Under the pieces are notes generated by a model, which ran no database searches, was not told the DNA's origin, and was given only the letters and a program-made list of their open reading frames with translations. This document shows positions 10,244 to 19,756 of a stretch of 64,000 nucleotides of DNA, piece after piece. The stretch comes from an uncultured Christensenellaceae bacterium (GTDB taxonomy: Bacteria; Bacillota; Clostridia; Christensenellales; CAG-314), in contig CAJUIV010000001.1 of assembly GCA_910586905.1 (NCBI GenBank), positions 129,987 through 193,986 of the forward strand, written 5' to 3'. The number at the start of each line of letters is the position of its first letter. Within the stretch, counting starts at the first letter, position 1. The position numbers and the translations under genes are program-made.

Positions 10244-10259
10244 GGTTTCACGTGAAACA
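10244..10259. promoter_or_regulatory. parS site GGTTTCACGTGAAACA
   Basis: 15/16 match. Perfect 14-bp palindromic core GTTTCACGTGAAAC. Confidence 0.75.
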
Positions 10260-10410
10260 AAATTAAGGAAATAATCGGTTAAAACCCTTGAAATATTGGA
10301 ATTTTAAAGCAAAAAGTACGGTTTTTTTAAAAAAAGTTTAGAAAAAGATAAAAGAAAATAGCCTTTGATAATGTTCAAAGACTATTTCTGTAGAAGAAGC
10401 ATTCCTAATT

Positions 10411-11139
10411 TTATGCTATAACAGCCAAATTTAATAAATCAATATTGAAAAATTGAGCGATGTAGGAACCTATCAGATTGGTATTGTGAGCAAATTTAAA
10501 TAATATCGAATCTGCAACTAATTGCATGAGCGTGCTTTGAAAATTCGGGATAAACTTTATGATAACTATTTCGCAAACCGTAAGCACCAATGAGATTACG
10601 ATTAAGTACGTTATAGCAACCGACCAAACCAGACCGAATATTCTGTCAAGCGTACGCAGTACCGGTAATTTTGCAATTTTGCCAAGCAAACATTTTATTC
10701 CTAATAAAGAATACTTAAGCGCTAACAGTAAAATAATCCAAAGAAAAAAACTAACGATAAAGCTAGCCGTTAAATGCCCGAAATATGCTCCTAATGTAGT
10801 TGCGCCTACGCTTTGCATCGCATTAAACATTTTATCGGAAATACTTTGCAGTATTCTCAAAAAGCTTTGCTCCAAAACGGCGTTCAAATCTTCTGCACTG
10901 GCTATTGCCATTGTATAGTATTCTTTGCTGAACCAACCACCGGCCGCTTCTGCAAGTTGTTTAAATATATTCGTCGATTTTAGCAAAGGCATCAAAAGCA
11001 CAACTAGTCCTATAGAACCGAAAAAAGCTATAAAACCGCAGAGTCCTTTAGAAAATTCTTTCGAAAACCCCTTTATAACGCCTACTATAATAGCAATCAG
11101 AAAAATAATCGCTAAGGATATATCGGCTATATTTCCCAT
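10411..11139 (-). CDS. CvpA-family integral membrane protein
   Basis: N-terminus ADISLAIIFLIAIIVGVIKGF and multiple TM helices typical of CvpA. AGGAGG SD upstream. Confidence 0.6.
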   Translation of the reverse strand: MGNIADISLAIIFLIAIIVGVIKGFSKEFSKGLCGFIAFFGSIGLVVLLMPLLKSTNIFKQLAEAAGGWFSKEYYTMAIASAEDLNAVLEQSFLRILQSISDKMFNAMQSVGATTLGAYFGHLTASFIVSFFLWIILLLALKYSLLGIKCLLGKIAKLPVLRTLDRIFGLVWSVAITYLIVISLVLTVCEIVIIKFIPNFQSTLMQLVADSILFKFAHNTNLIGSYIAQFFNIDLLNLAVIA

Positions 11140-11155
11140 AAAATCCTCCTAATAA

Positions 11156-11169
11156 TGAACGTATGTTCA
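11156..11169. promoter_or_regulatory. SOS(Cheo)-box-like palindrome TGAACGTATGTTCA
   Basis: GAAC-N4-GTTC core of the Gram-positive LexA operator (CGAACN4GTTCG). Embedded in a perfect 10+10 inverted repeat at 11151-11174, 5 nt upstream of the cvpA-like SD. Confidence 0.3.
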
Positions 11170-11811
11170 TTATTGTCAAAACCGGTTATATTGAATACTT
11201 AAGAATAATCTGATTATATTCTTAATTGATTTTTGCCGCTGCGTTTTTCGCTTGTTTATCGGTTAAATCCCGTACGAACTGTTTTTTTTTGTAAATATTA
11301 TCTTACGTATAAGCAGAAACTGTTTGCAGGAATAAACTTCTTTAAACGGCTTTATCGCTATCAATTCTTCTGCAAAAATCAAAGACAAATCTAACCGAGG
11401 TCATTGATATTCTAAGTATATCATAATTATATCCAAAAATAAAGTAATTTACAAATTTACAGCGCTTTTGATTGTATTATATTATTGTTATATTTTGGTT
11501 CCGCTGCTTTGTATTACAATAAATATATATTAAAAATTAAATCGGTATGCGATTTTGCATATGTATTTAAAGCAATATCTCGGATTATTCGCGCTTAAAA
11601 AAGCCGGGACTTGTCAAGAGAAATAACGGACATTATATTTAAATAACAGATTTTCATTTTCGGTAATACTTGCTTTATTGTTGTGTGAATTGATTTAAAT
11701 AATCGATATTTCGACAAAATTCGGCGGTTTTTTGTTTCGGTGGAATTAAATTCGTAAATAATTTTTTTGTCTTACGTCAACAATTTATAAAAACCCAAAG
11801 GAGTAAGAAAA

Positions 11812-12324
11812 ATGGTAGAGGTAAGCGTTTATAATCAGCAGGATAAGGCAAAATTAACGCAGGCAATCAAGGGCAAAATAACGAATCCCGTATTTATGTG
11901 TATAGGAACTGAAAAAGTATTTTCGGATAGTCTCGGGCCTAGAGTAGGCAGTTTGTTAAACGACGGTATGCAAAACCCCGTTTTCGTTTACGGAATGTGC
12001 GACCAAAATATAACTGCGGAAAATCTGTGTCATAGTTACAATTTTATCAAAGCTATGCATCCGGACAGTCAAATAGTCGTGGTAGACGCGGGAGTAGGAG
12101 GATACGAACAAATCGGTAAAATCCAGCTTTGCGACGGAGGCTTGATTCCCGGAGCGGCGACTAACAAAAATTTACCGTCAGTCGGAGACGTCGGAATAGT
12201 CGGTATAGTCGCAGAGCGCGGAATGAGCGATTTTTATACGTTAAATTCAACTAAAGATAAACTTGTCGGAGCCGTCGCGCAGTTCATTGCTGACGCGATA
12301 TTGGACGCAACGCAATACGCGTAA
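11812..12324 (+). CDS. yyaC: YyaC-family putative sporulation protease
   Basis: CIGTEKVFSDSLGPRVG, VVVDAGVG and GLIPGAATNKNLPSVGD match my recollection of conserved blocks in B. subtilis YyaC. Confidence 0.75.
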   Translation: MVEVSVYNQQDKAKLTQAIKGKITNPVFMCIGTEKVFSDSLGPRVGSLLNDGMQNPVFVYGMCDQNITAENLCHSYNFIKAMHPDSQIVVVDAGVGGYEQIGKIQLCDGGLIPGAATNKNLPSVGDVGIVGIVAERGMSDFYTLNSTKDKLVGAVAQFIADAILDATQYA

Positions 12325-12814
12325 CGATTGTGCGGAAAGTCAACTTTACAAGTTAAAAGCAAAAGGCGGCGCAATAAATTGCTGTCGGTACGAAATTATA
12401 CGAAACAGGCAACTATATTTAAAGTTTTCGGACGATATAAGAGTGCGTTAACTTTTGCAAGCCGACAATTTTTCAAAAAAGAAAAACCGCTAGCTGCGGA
12501 CTCTTTCAAGCGCGGGCAATAATCAAAACGCGCGCGGGCTTTCGCAAAAAAGCAATTATTAAATCCGTTCGATTGTTTCTTATTGTTGTTCGAAGCGAAT
12601 TTTTAAGCAATGTTCAAGCGAACGTATATATAATAAAGTATACTAAGGGAAAAAATTCTAAGTTTTCTATTATACTTAGCGCAAATAAAGTATCCTCAAC
12701 TGCAAATACTATATAATGCTCTGCATGTGCGGTATTTGCATTTAACTTGAATTGCAGATATTTTTGAAAAGCGTTATCAGTATAATAATTAGCGGCGTTT
12801 TAGGCGGCTAAAAT

Positions 12815-12843
12815 TTGACACTTTTTTGCCCGTATGGTAAAAT
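12815..12843 (+). promoter_or_regulatory. Sigma-A type promoter upstream of ftsH
   Basis: TTGACA - 17 nt - TAAAAT. Confidence 0.5.
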
Positions 12844-12896
12844 ATCTAAATTAACGATAATTTTAGTATTACTTTGTTAAAACGTTGTCGCTTTTT

Positions 12897-14990
12897 ATGC
12901 GACGCAAAAGGAGAAACGATTTGAATCAAAAGCGTAGAGGAATTATATATTCGATAGTCGCCGTGGTTTGTCTTATCGCAGTGTTTTTGATAGTTTGGCA
13001 GGTTCTCGGCAATTCGGCTAAAGAAATAGACGAAAACGTATTTAAAGAAAATTTTAACAGTTACGTTAAAGTTAACCTTAATTATTATAAAGTAATTTGC
13101 GTTGACGAAAACGGACAAAAGTATTCTTTTACCATTGTAGACAGAAACGAACTTGACGACTTTATCAAGGCGGGTATTTACAATACAAGCAACGCCAATA
13201 AACCCGTTCCGGATAAGGACGCGGATGGCAACGTTATAGTTATCGTTCCGGAAGGCTACCCCAAAGCTCCGTACGCTAACGCCAAATTGTGCGAAGCAGG
13301 ACAATACCGTCCCGCCGATCCCAACGCCACAAGCTGGACGGATTACATCGTCCCCGTTTTGTGGATTGGTCTGCTTATTTTGATGGGCGTACTTATGTTC
13401 CGTCAAATCGCGAAGCAAAATAACCAAAATATGGATTTCGGCCGTTCGCGCGCAAAAGCCGTACAAAATATTAAAATCCGTTTTACTGACGTGGCCGGAG
13501 CGGAAGAAGAAAAAGAAGAACTGCAGGAAATCATTGATTTCTTGAAAGACCCCAAAAAGTTCAGCGATATGGGCGCGCGCATACCCAAAGGCGTATTGCT
13601 CGTAGGTCCTCCGGGAACGGGTAAAACTTTGTTCGCTAAAGCCGTAGCCGGCGAAGCGGGCGTTCCGTTCTTTTCAATGAGCGGTTCCGACTTTGTCGAG
13701 ATGTTCGTAGGCGTAGGCGCAAGCAGAGTAAGAGATTTGTTCGACCAAGCCAAGAAAAATATGCCCTGTATTATTTTTATTGACGAAATCGACGCCGTAG
13801 GACGTCAGCGTGGAGCAGGTCTGGGCGGCGGACACGACGAACGCGAACAAACTTTAAACCAGCTGCTTGTAGAAATGGACGGTTTCGAAACGAGTACCAA
13901 CATAATAGTTATGGCTGCGACAAACCGCGCGGATATTCTTGACCCTGCGCTTTTACGTCCCGGCCGTTTCGACAGGCAAATTTACGTTAACCGTCCCGAC
14001 GTACGCGGAAGAGAGGCTATTCTTAAAGTTCACGCGCGTAAAAAGCCTATCGGTCCGGATGTCAATTTCCGTACGGTTGCCCGTATAACGGCAGGATTTA
14101 CCGGCGCGGACCTTGAAAATCTTTTAAACGAGGCTGCAATACTTGCCGTAAGAGGCGGACGCCGCGTTATTACAATGGCTGACGTAAACGAAGGTATAAA
14201 CAAAGTAGTCATGGGACCGCAAAAGAAATCGCGTCTTGTAACCGAACCCGACAAGCGCATTACCGCTTATCACGAATCGGGACACGCTATTTTGGCTTGC
14301 AGTTTAAAATACTGCGACCCCGTTCACGAGGTTACGATTATACCTCGCGGAATGGCGGCGGGCTATACTATGACGCGCCCCGAAAACGACAACAACCACG
14401 TAACCAAACAACAGTTGTTGGATCAAATAACGATGACTCTCGGCGGACGCGTTGCGGAAGAACTTATTATAAAGAACATAAGCAGCGGAGCAAGCGGAGA
14501 TATCAAGTCTCTTACTCAAACGGCGCATCAAATGGTTACCGAGTGGGGTATGAGCGAGCGTTTGGGACCTCTTTTCTACGGTAGCGACGGCGAAATTTTT
14601 GTGGGAAGAAGCTATCAGCAGGAAAAAGGTTACTCCGACGAGATAGCTAACATAATCGACGAGGAAGTGCGTGAAATCGTAGACGAATGTCATAAACGCG
14701 CGACCAAACTGCTTACGGAAAAAATCGACGTTCTGCACAATATGTCGCGCGTGCTTATTGAAAAGGAAACTATCCATACCGAAGAAGTAGATATGCTTAT
14801 GCAAGGTAAACCGGTGGAAGAAATCATCGCCTATATGGAAAGTAAAGAAGCGGGCGCCGCCGAAACGACTTTGGCGGATAAAGAATCCGAGAATAAAGCG
14901 GAATCTGTAAAAGAAAACGAAGAACCGAAAACAGAAAAAAGCCCGAACGCCGATAAAGAATCCGAAAAAGACGACGAAAATAAAAAATAA
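12897..14990 (+). CDS. ftsH: ATP-dependent zinc metalloprotease FtsH
   Basis: Walker [12 protein letters not shown] region, HESGHA zinc site, two N-terminal TM segments. The start is ambiguous: ATG 12897, or a TTG 24 nt further downstream behind AAGGAG. Confidence 0.95.
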   Translation: MRRKRRNDLNQKRRGIIYSIVAVVCLIAVFLIVWQVLGNSAKEIDENVFKENFNSYVKVNLNYYKVICVDENGQKYSFTIVDRNELDDFIKAGIYNTSNANKPVPDKDADGNVIVIVPEGYPKAPYANAKLCEAGQYRPADPNATSWTDYIVPVLWIGLLILMGVLMFRQIAKQNNQNMDFGRSRAKAVQNIKIRFTDVAGAEEEKEELQEIIDFLKDPKKFSDMGARIPKGVLLVGPPGTGKTLFAKAVAGEAGVPFFSMSGSDFVEMFVGVGASRVRDLFDQAKKNMPCIIFIDEIDAVGRQRGAGLGGGHDEREQTLNQLLVEMDGFETSTNIIVMAATNRADILDPALLRPGRFDRQIYVNRPDVRGREAILKVHARKKPIGPDVNFRTVARITAGFTGADLENLLNEAAILAVRGGRRVITMADVNEGINKVVMGPQKKSRLVTEPDKRITAYHESGHAILACSLKYCDPVHEVTIIPRGMAAGYTMTRPENDNNHVTKQQLLDQITMTLGGRVAEELIIKNISSGASGDIKSLTQTAHQMVTEWGMSERLGPLFYGSDGEIFVGRSYQQEKGYSDEIANIIDEEVREIVDECHKRATKLLTEKIDVLHNMSRVLIEKETIHTEEVDMLMQGKPVEEIIAYMESKEAGAAETTLADKESENKAESVKENEEPKTEKSPNADKESEKDDENKK

Positions 14991-15243
14991 TATATAACAT
15001 AATACGCTTTAGTAAAATCCGTTGTTTTACAAAGCGTATTTTAATTTTTGAAAGCAGTTTTTATCCGCCGAGGCGTTTGTCGATAAACAACAATAAAAGC
15101 AGTATCGTGCCGAAACGTATTTCAACGAAGTTTCAGCTTGCAGTAACCGTAAGAATATTTGTTGGCACAATCTAAAAAGTATGATATACTATACGCACTA
15201 TATTCGTCGGAATTGACTTTCGGCGGATAAAACGGAGATTTAT

Positions 15244-16368
15244 ATGAAAAAAAAGATAGCATTGCTTATTTTAACTTTAGTTGCGTTAACCGCAATATTG
15301 ACCGCTTGTAATTCCGTAGCGACGACTATAGTAGTACGTTGGAACGAATCGGAAGATTACACGTTCAATATTTCGCTTGCGGATTTTGATACTTCCGAAA
15401 ACGCGACCGGTTTTTTTAAAAAATATTTATACGAAAATGCAACCTACTACAAAGATTTAGCCATATCGGCTCAAGAAGTCGCCAGTTTAACGACAGCCGA
15501 CGAGCTTCGTCCGGAAAATGCCGGAGGGACGTATACTTATTCTTTAAGGCGTTCTTCGGGCACAAGCCAAGGAGAGGTAACCGCAAAGCAAACTTTGTAC
15601 GTTCAATATAAAACGGAAACTTTACAATCTTTCGAATGTTGGGACGAACTTAAAAAAGATTTCGCCGTCGCCGCCGATTCGGAAGAAAATCCTTTTACGA
15701 ATCACGAAGGACTGACTACGCTTAAAAGCGTTACGGAAACCAGCGCCAAATTTGCCGACGATACCAATCAGCGTCCCGTAAGTTCGTCTACGAAATTGAA
15801 CGGTTTTTATTTGGGTAAACTTCATCAGGAAATTTCGAAATACGAAGTTGTTACCGAGTATGATTTCGATAAAAACGTCGCTAAAGTTACCGTTACCGAA
15901 AACGGAGTCGAAGGCGAAGTTAAAGAACAAAAACTTTCCGTCGCTAAAAGCCGCAATTTTATAGATTCCAATCAAATATTAACGTATTTGAGAAGTTTGG
16001 AAAAGTCGGCGACGTCTTTCCAAGACAATCCCACGGTTACCGTTTATAACCCTCTGACGAACGCTACCGCAATCGCGTCTTTCAATTTCAGCTACGACCA
16101 AAAAGTCGTACTTAACAACAACGGCGAAAACTTTTATACGTCTTTAAACGCGGTAGGAGTGAATATAGGCGGTATGGCTTTTATGATGCAGGAAAATTTG
16201 CCCGACAGACTTGCAAGTAAGGACAAAGACGTTTACAACACCGTGGGAGATACAAAGTATTCCAAGTATACTACGGTTCGATTCCGCGTAGGATATTGTT
16301 CGTACGAACTCGACTCTTACGACCAAGACGTTCTAACAGCGTTAAACGCCAAAGAAGAAAGCAAATAG
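15244..16368 (+). CDS. Lipoprotein of unknown function
   Basis: Signal peptide plus lipobox LTAC. No motif I can assign. Confidence 0.6.
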   Translation: MKKKIALLILTLVALTAILTACNSVATTIVVRWNESEDYTFNISLADFDTSENATGFFKKYLYENATYYKDLAISAQEVASLTTADELRPENAGGTYTYSLRRSSGTSQGEVTAKQTLYVQYKTETLQSFECWDELKKDFAVAADSEENPFTNHEGLTTLKSVTETSAKFADDTNQRPVSSSTKLNGFYLGKLHQEISKYEVVTEYDFDKNVAKVTVTENGVEGEVKEQKLSVAKSRNFIDSNQILTYLRSLEKSATSFQDNPTVTVYNPLTNATAIASFNFSYDQKVVLNNNGENFYTSLNAVGVNIGGMAFMMQENLPDRLASKDKDVYNTVGDTKYSKYTTVRFRVGYCSYELDSYDQDVLTALNAKEESK

Positions 16369-16564
16369 TTTAATATATACAATTTAAAGACGTTCCGTTT
16401 TCGGAGCGTCTTTTGTATTACTTTTCAGTATCGAGCGTAAACACAATTATTGATAACGCTATTAACTCAGTCAGTATATTTCCGTTAAAATATAATGCAT
16501 TTTTACGTCGTTTTTTGCCGCTTCCTTATTGCGGTAAAATTTTAAAACTGTTATAATAATCGTT

Positions 16565-19500
16565 ATGGTAACAATTTACAAAACAAACACGATGAAAGAC
16601 GCGGCAAACTACGTGCTAAACATCTTAAAACGGGTAGACAAAAGAAATCTGTCCGTTTTGCATACGGTAATAGTTCCCGACAGAGCTTCGCTCGAGGCGG
16701 AACGCGCGTTGCTTAAAACTTTGGGAGGAAGTTTTAACGTTCAGGTTAAAACGTTCCGTCGTTTTGCCAACGATATTTTACCTAAATACGATTACCTTTC
16801 TAAGCAAGCGGGCATAATGGCTCTTTCCGAAATTATACGCGATAACCGAGATAAACTGACTTGCTACACCAAGGGCGTAGAAACCGCCGGCTTTGTCGAA
16901 GAAATGTACGATACGATAAGTATGATGAAGTATTGTAAAATTTCTCCCGAGCGATTGAATTGCGGCGATTTACCTCGCAGCGTGCAGAGCAAAGCGCGCG
17001 ATATAGCGTTGCTTTACCGCGCGTATTTGGATTTCAATCAAGGCCGGTTTATCGATTCGGCGGATAAACTGGATATTTTGAAAGAGAATATCTCCGATTC
17101 CGATTCGGTAAAAAACGGATGCTTCTATATCTACGATTTCGACAATTTTTCAAAGCAGGAATCGGAACTCGTCGAACGTCTTGTTTTGACCGCCAAGGAC
17201 GTAGTAGTCGCCTGCTGCGCAAGCGATAAAAAATACGATAGGCATTTGTACTTAAACGATATTTACGATAGCGTAAAAGATATTTGCAAACGTAACGGTA
17301 TTGAGTATAAAGACATTCCAGGCGAATCTTATTCTAACGAATACGTCGAACAAATCGGACGGAATCTGTATCGGTATTATCAAAACGCCGCTATAGAAAA
17401 CGACGGTTTTGCCGAAATTTTTAACGGAGCCACACGCGTTCAGGAAGTGTACGCTTTGGCGTGCAGAGTAAAACGTTTTGTGCAAAACGGCGGCAGATAC
17501 AAAGATATATACGTAGTAACAAGCGACGTAAACGCCTATTCGAACGCGATTTCAACAGTATTCGAGCAGTTCGGTATTCCTTATTTTTGCGATAAGCAGT
17601 TTGCGCTTGCGGAACACCCGTACGCCCGCTTTATTTTAGACTATTTAACTTTATGCAAAAATAACGGCAAGGCGGCAGCCGTTTTGCAGTTCGTAAAAAA
17701 TTACTTGTTTTGCGGCGCTTTCGATAAAGACGATGACGTCGAAAACGTTTACCACTTCGAGAACTATTGCTTAAAATACAACGTTTCGTACAAATACGAC
17801 GGCTTTACGTTAGGCGTCAACGAACCGTTTTTTGCTCGTGCGGACGCGTTTAGAGCAAAATTCAACCGTTTATATAAGCGCGCGGTTTTCCCCGCCAACG
17901 CTACCGTCAAGCAATATACGGATTTGGTACGTAATTTAATAGATATATCCGATTTGCGCGAAAGAGTAAGAACGTTCGGCAAACGACAGGAAAACGCGAA
18001 TTTAGGGTACGAAAGCAAAGTATCTCTGCAGGTTTGCGAAAAGTTTGATTCCGTACTCGATAACGCCGACGCGGTTATCGGCGAAAGGTATCTTTCTCTG
18101 GATGAATTTATAAAAACTTTAACCGCGGGTATTGCGTCCTCTCGCGTGTCGGTTATTCCCGTGCGTAACGACTGTGTCGTTTTCGCAAATATGGCCAAGG
18201 CGCGTAAGCACGACGTAAAATTTTTAGCTCTTTTGGGAGCAAACTACGGCGCGATGCCTATTATCAAACGCGATTGCAAATTATTGACGGATAACAATAT
18301 AAAAGATTTAATCGGCGCAGGTATAAACGTCGAGCCGCAAATTCTTACGGAAAACCGCCGCGAACGCTTTAGTTTGTTTCAGCTATTACAAGAACCGTCA
18401 AATAAATTGTACGTTTCTTACTCGTCGGCGGACGGCGGCAACGCTCTTGTTCCGTCCCCGTTCGTTGCGGAACTGTGCAAATTGTTTAAATCGGGCGGAA
18501 AGAATTTAACTCCGACAGCTGCCGCCGACGAGGAAGTTTATTCGGAAAAACAAGCCGTATCCAAAATAGTTACGAACAAACGAAAGTTAAAGGACAACAG
18601 ATTCGTAAATATGCCCGCTTATCAAATTTTGAGCGATTATTTCGAAGAGCAAACCGAGGGTTATGTTTTCGATAAGGACGGAAAAAGCGTATCCGTCGAG
18701 CGCGGCGGAGAAATCTACTTAAAAAATTCATCAACAAGCGTAAGTCAGCTTACGGACTTTTTCAAGTGTCCGTACAGGTTTTACGTTCAGTATGGTTTAA
18801 ACGTTAAGCCGCGTTCGGTGTCAAAACTTCAAAGCGCGGATTTAGGCAATATTCTTCACTCCGTATTGGAACACTACGTCCGCGATATGGACGAAGAGGA
18901 AAGCGAAATTGTAACCGAGCAAAAAGCGTTAAAATGGTTTGAGTTTACCTTGAACGACGATTTTTATAAAGGTATGAGAAGCGACCCGCAAATGGCCGGA
19001 ACGTTAAAAATGCTGGAAGCGGAAGCTGCGCGTATGTGTAAGGTCGTAAAAAAGCAAATAGTCGATTCGAATTTTAAAAATTTGCAGACGGAAATGGCTT
19101 TCGGAGGAGAAGGACAGGCTCCGGCGGTAGAAGTTGATTTTGACGGCGGCAAATTTAAATTGGTAGGAAAAATCGACAGAGTAGACGTTAACGGCGGCAG
19201 ATTCATCGTTATAGATTATAAAAGCGGGGCAAGCGCCGCGCATTTTACCGAAAAAGATTTATACATAGGACACAAAATGCAGCTTCCCGTGTACGTAAAA
19301 GCGGTCAAGGACAGTTTTAATTTGCGTCCCGCAGGTTTTTATTATTTTAATATGCATGATAATTTTACGGATTATTCCAGCGAAAACGTTTACGTTTATA
19401 ACGGCAGAACGTTAGACGATGCAGACGTCGCCTGCGATATAGACGTCAATTTGAAAAACGGCAAAAGCGAAAAGCTCGGTATAAAACTGAAATCGGACGG

Positions 19501-19756
19501 AACTTTAAGCAGAACGGGCGACAAACTGCTTACGGACGGACAATTCGATAATCAAATAAACTACGCTTTCGAATTGATTTCAAAAGCCGGAAATTTGATG
19601 AGCAAGGGTTATGCCTCGGTAAATCCTTACAAGGGAACCTGCGATTATTGCGACTATAAGGATATTTGCGATTTCGGCGACGTTTATAATTACGACGAGC
19701 GCGAAGTAAAAGCGAAAAAAATAAAAGAAACCATAGACGAAACGGTGAAAAAATGA
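16565..19756 (+). CDS. addB: Helicase-nuclease AddAB subunit B
   Basis: Size, position before addA with an ATGA overlap, and C-terminal nuclease/Fe-S cysteines (FKCPYRF ... CDYCDYKDIC). Confidence 0.9.
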   Translation: MVTIYKTNTMKDAANYVLNILKRVDKRNLSVLHTVIVPDRASLEAERALLKTLGGSFNVQVKTFRRFANDILPKYDYLSKQAGIMALSEIIRDNRDKLTCYTKGVETAGFVEEMYDTISMMKYCKISPERLNCGDLPRSVQSKARDIALLYRAYLDFNQGRFIDSADKLDILKENISDSDSVKNGCFYIYDFDNFSKQESELVERLVLTAKDVVVACCASDKKYDRHLYLNDIYDSVKDICKRNGIEYKDIPGESYSNEYVEQIGRNLYRYYQNAAIENDGFAEIFNGATRVQEVYALACRVKRFVQNGGRYKDIYVVTSDVNAYSNAISTVFEQFGIPYFCDKQFALAEHPYARFILDYLTLCKNNGKAAAVLQFVKNYLFCGAFDKDDDVENVYHFENYCLKYNVSYKYDGFTLGVNEPFFARADAFRAKFNRLYKRAVFPANATVKQYTDLVRNLIDISDLRERVRTFGKRQENANLGYESKVSLQVCEKFDSVLDNADAVIGERYLSLDEFIKTLTAGIASSRVSVIPVRNDCVVFANMAKARKHDVKFLALLGANYGAMPIIKRDCKLLTDNNIKDLIGAGINVEPQILTENRRERFSLFQLLQEPSNKLYVSYSSADGGNALVPSPFVAELCKLFKSGGKNLTPTAAADEEVYSEKQAVSKIVTNKRKLKDNRFVNMPAYQILSDYFEEQTEGYVFDKDGKSVSVERGGEIYLKNSSTSVSQLTDFFKCPYRFYVQYGLNVKPRSVSKLQSADLGNILHSVLEHYVRDMDEEESEIVTEQKALKWFEFTLNDDFYKGMRSDPQMAGTLKMLEAEAARMCKVVKKQIVDSNFKNLQTEMAFGGEGQAPAVEVDFDGGKFKLVGKIDRVDVNGGRFIVIDYKSGASAAHFTEKDLYIGHKMQLPVYVKAVKDSFNLRPAGFYYFNMHDNFTDYSSENVYVYNGRTLDDADVACDIDVNLKNGKSEKLGIKLKSDGTLSRTGDKLLTDGQFDNQINYAFELISKAGNLMSKGYASVNPYKGTCDYCDYKDICDFGDVYNYDEREVKAKKIKETIDETVKK

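Noticed and set aside
10036-10260. Two overlapping minus-strand ORFs (74 and 64 aa) in the parB-cvpA gap.
   Set aside because: Their repeated MFHV(K/E) peptides are simply translations of the parS palindromes. There is no SD and the context is AT-rich non-coding DNA.
12846-13466. 206-aa ORF antisense to the 5' part of ftsH. Similar long antisense ORFs lie at 41754-42347, 50703-51251, 57013-57591, 59108-59653, 24819-25322 and 14304-14804.
   Set aside because: All lie entirely opposite genes with strong family signatures. They have no SD and odd composition, so I treated them as frame shadows.
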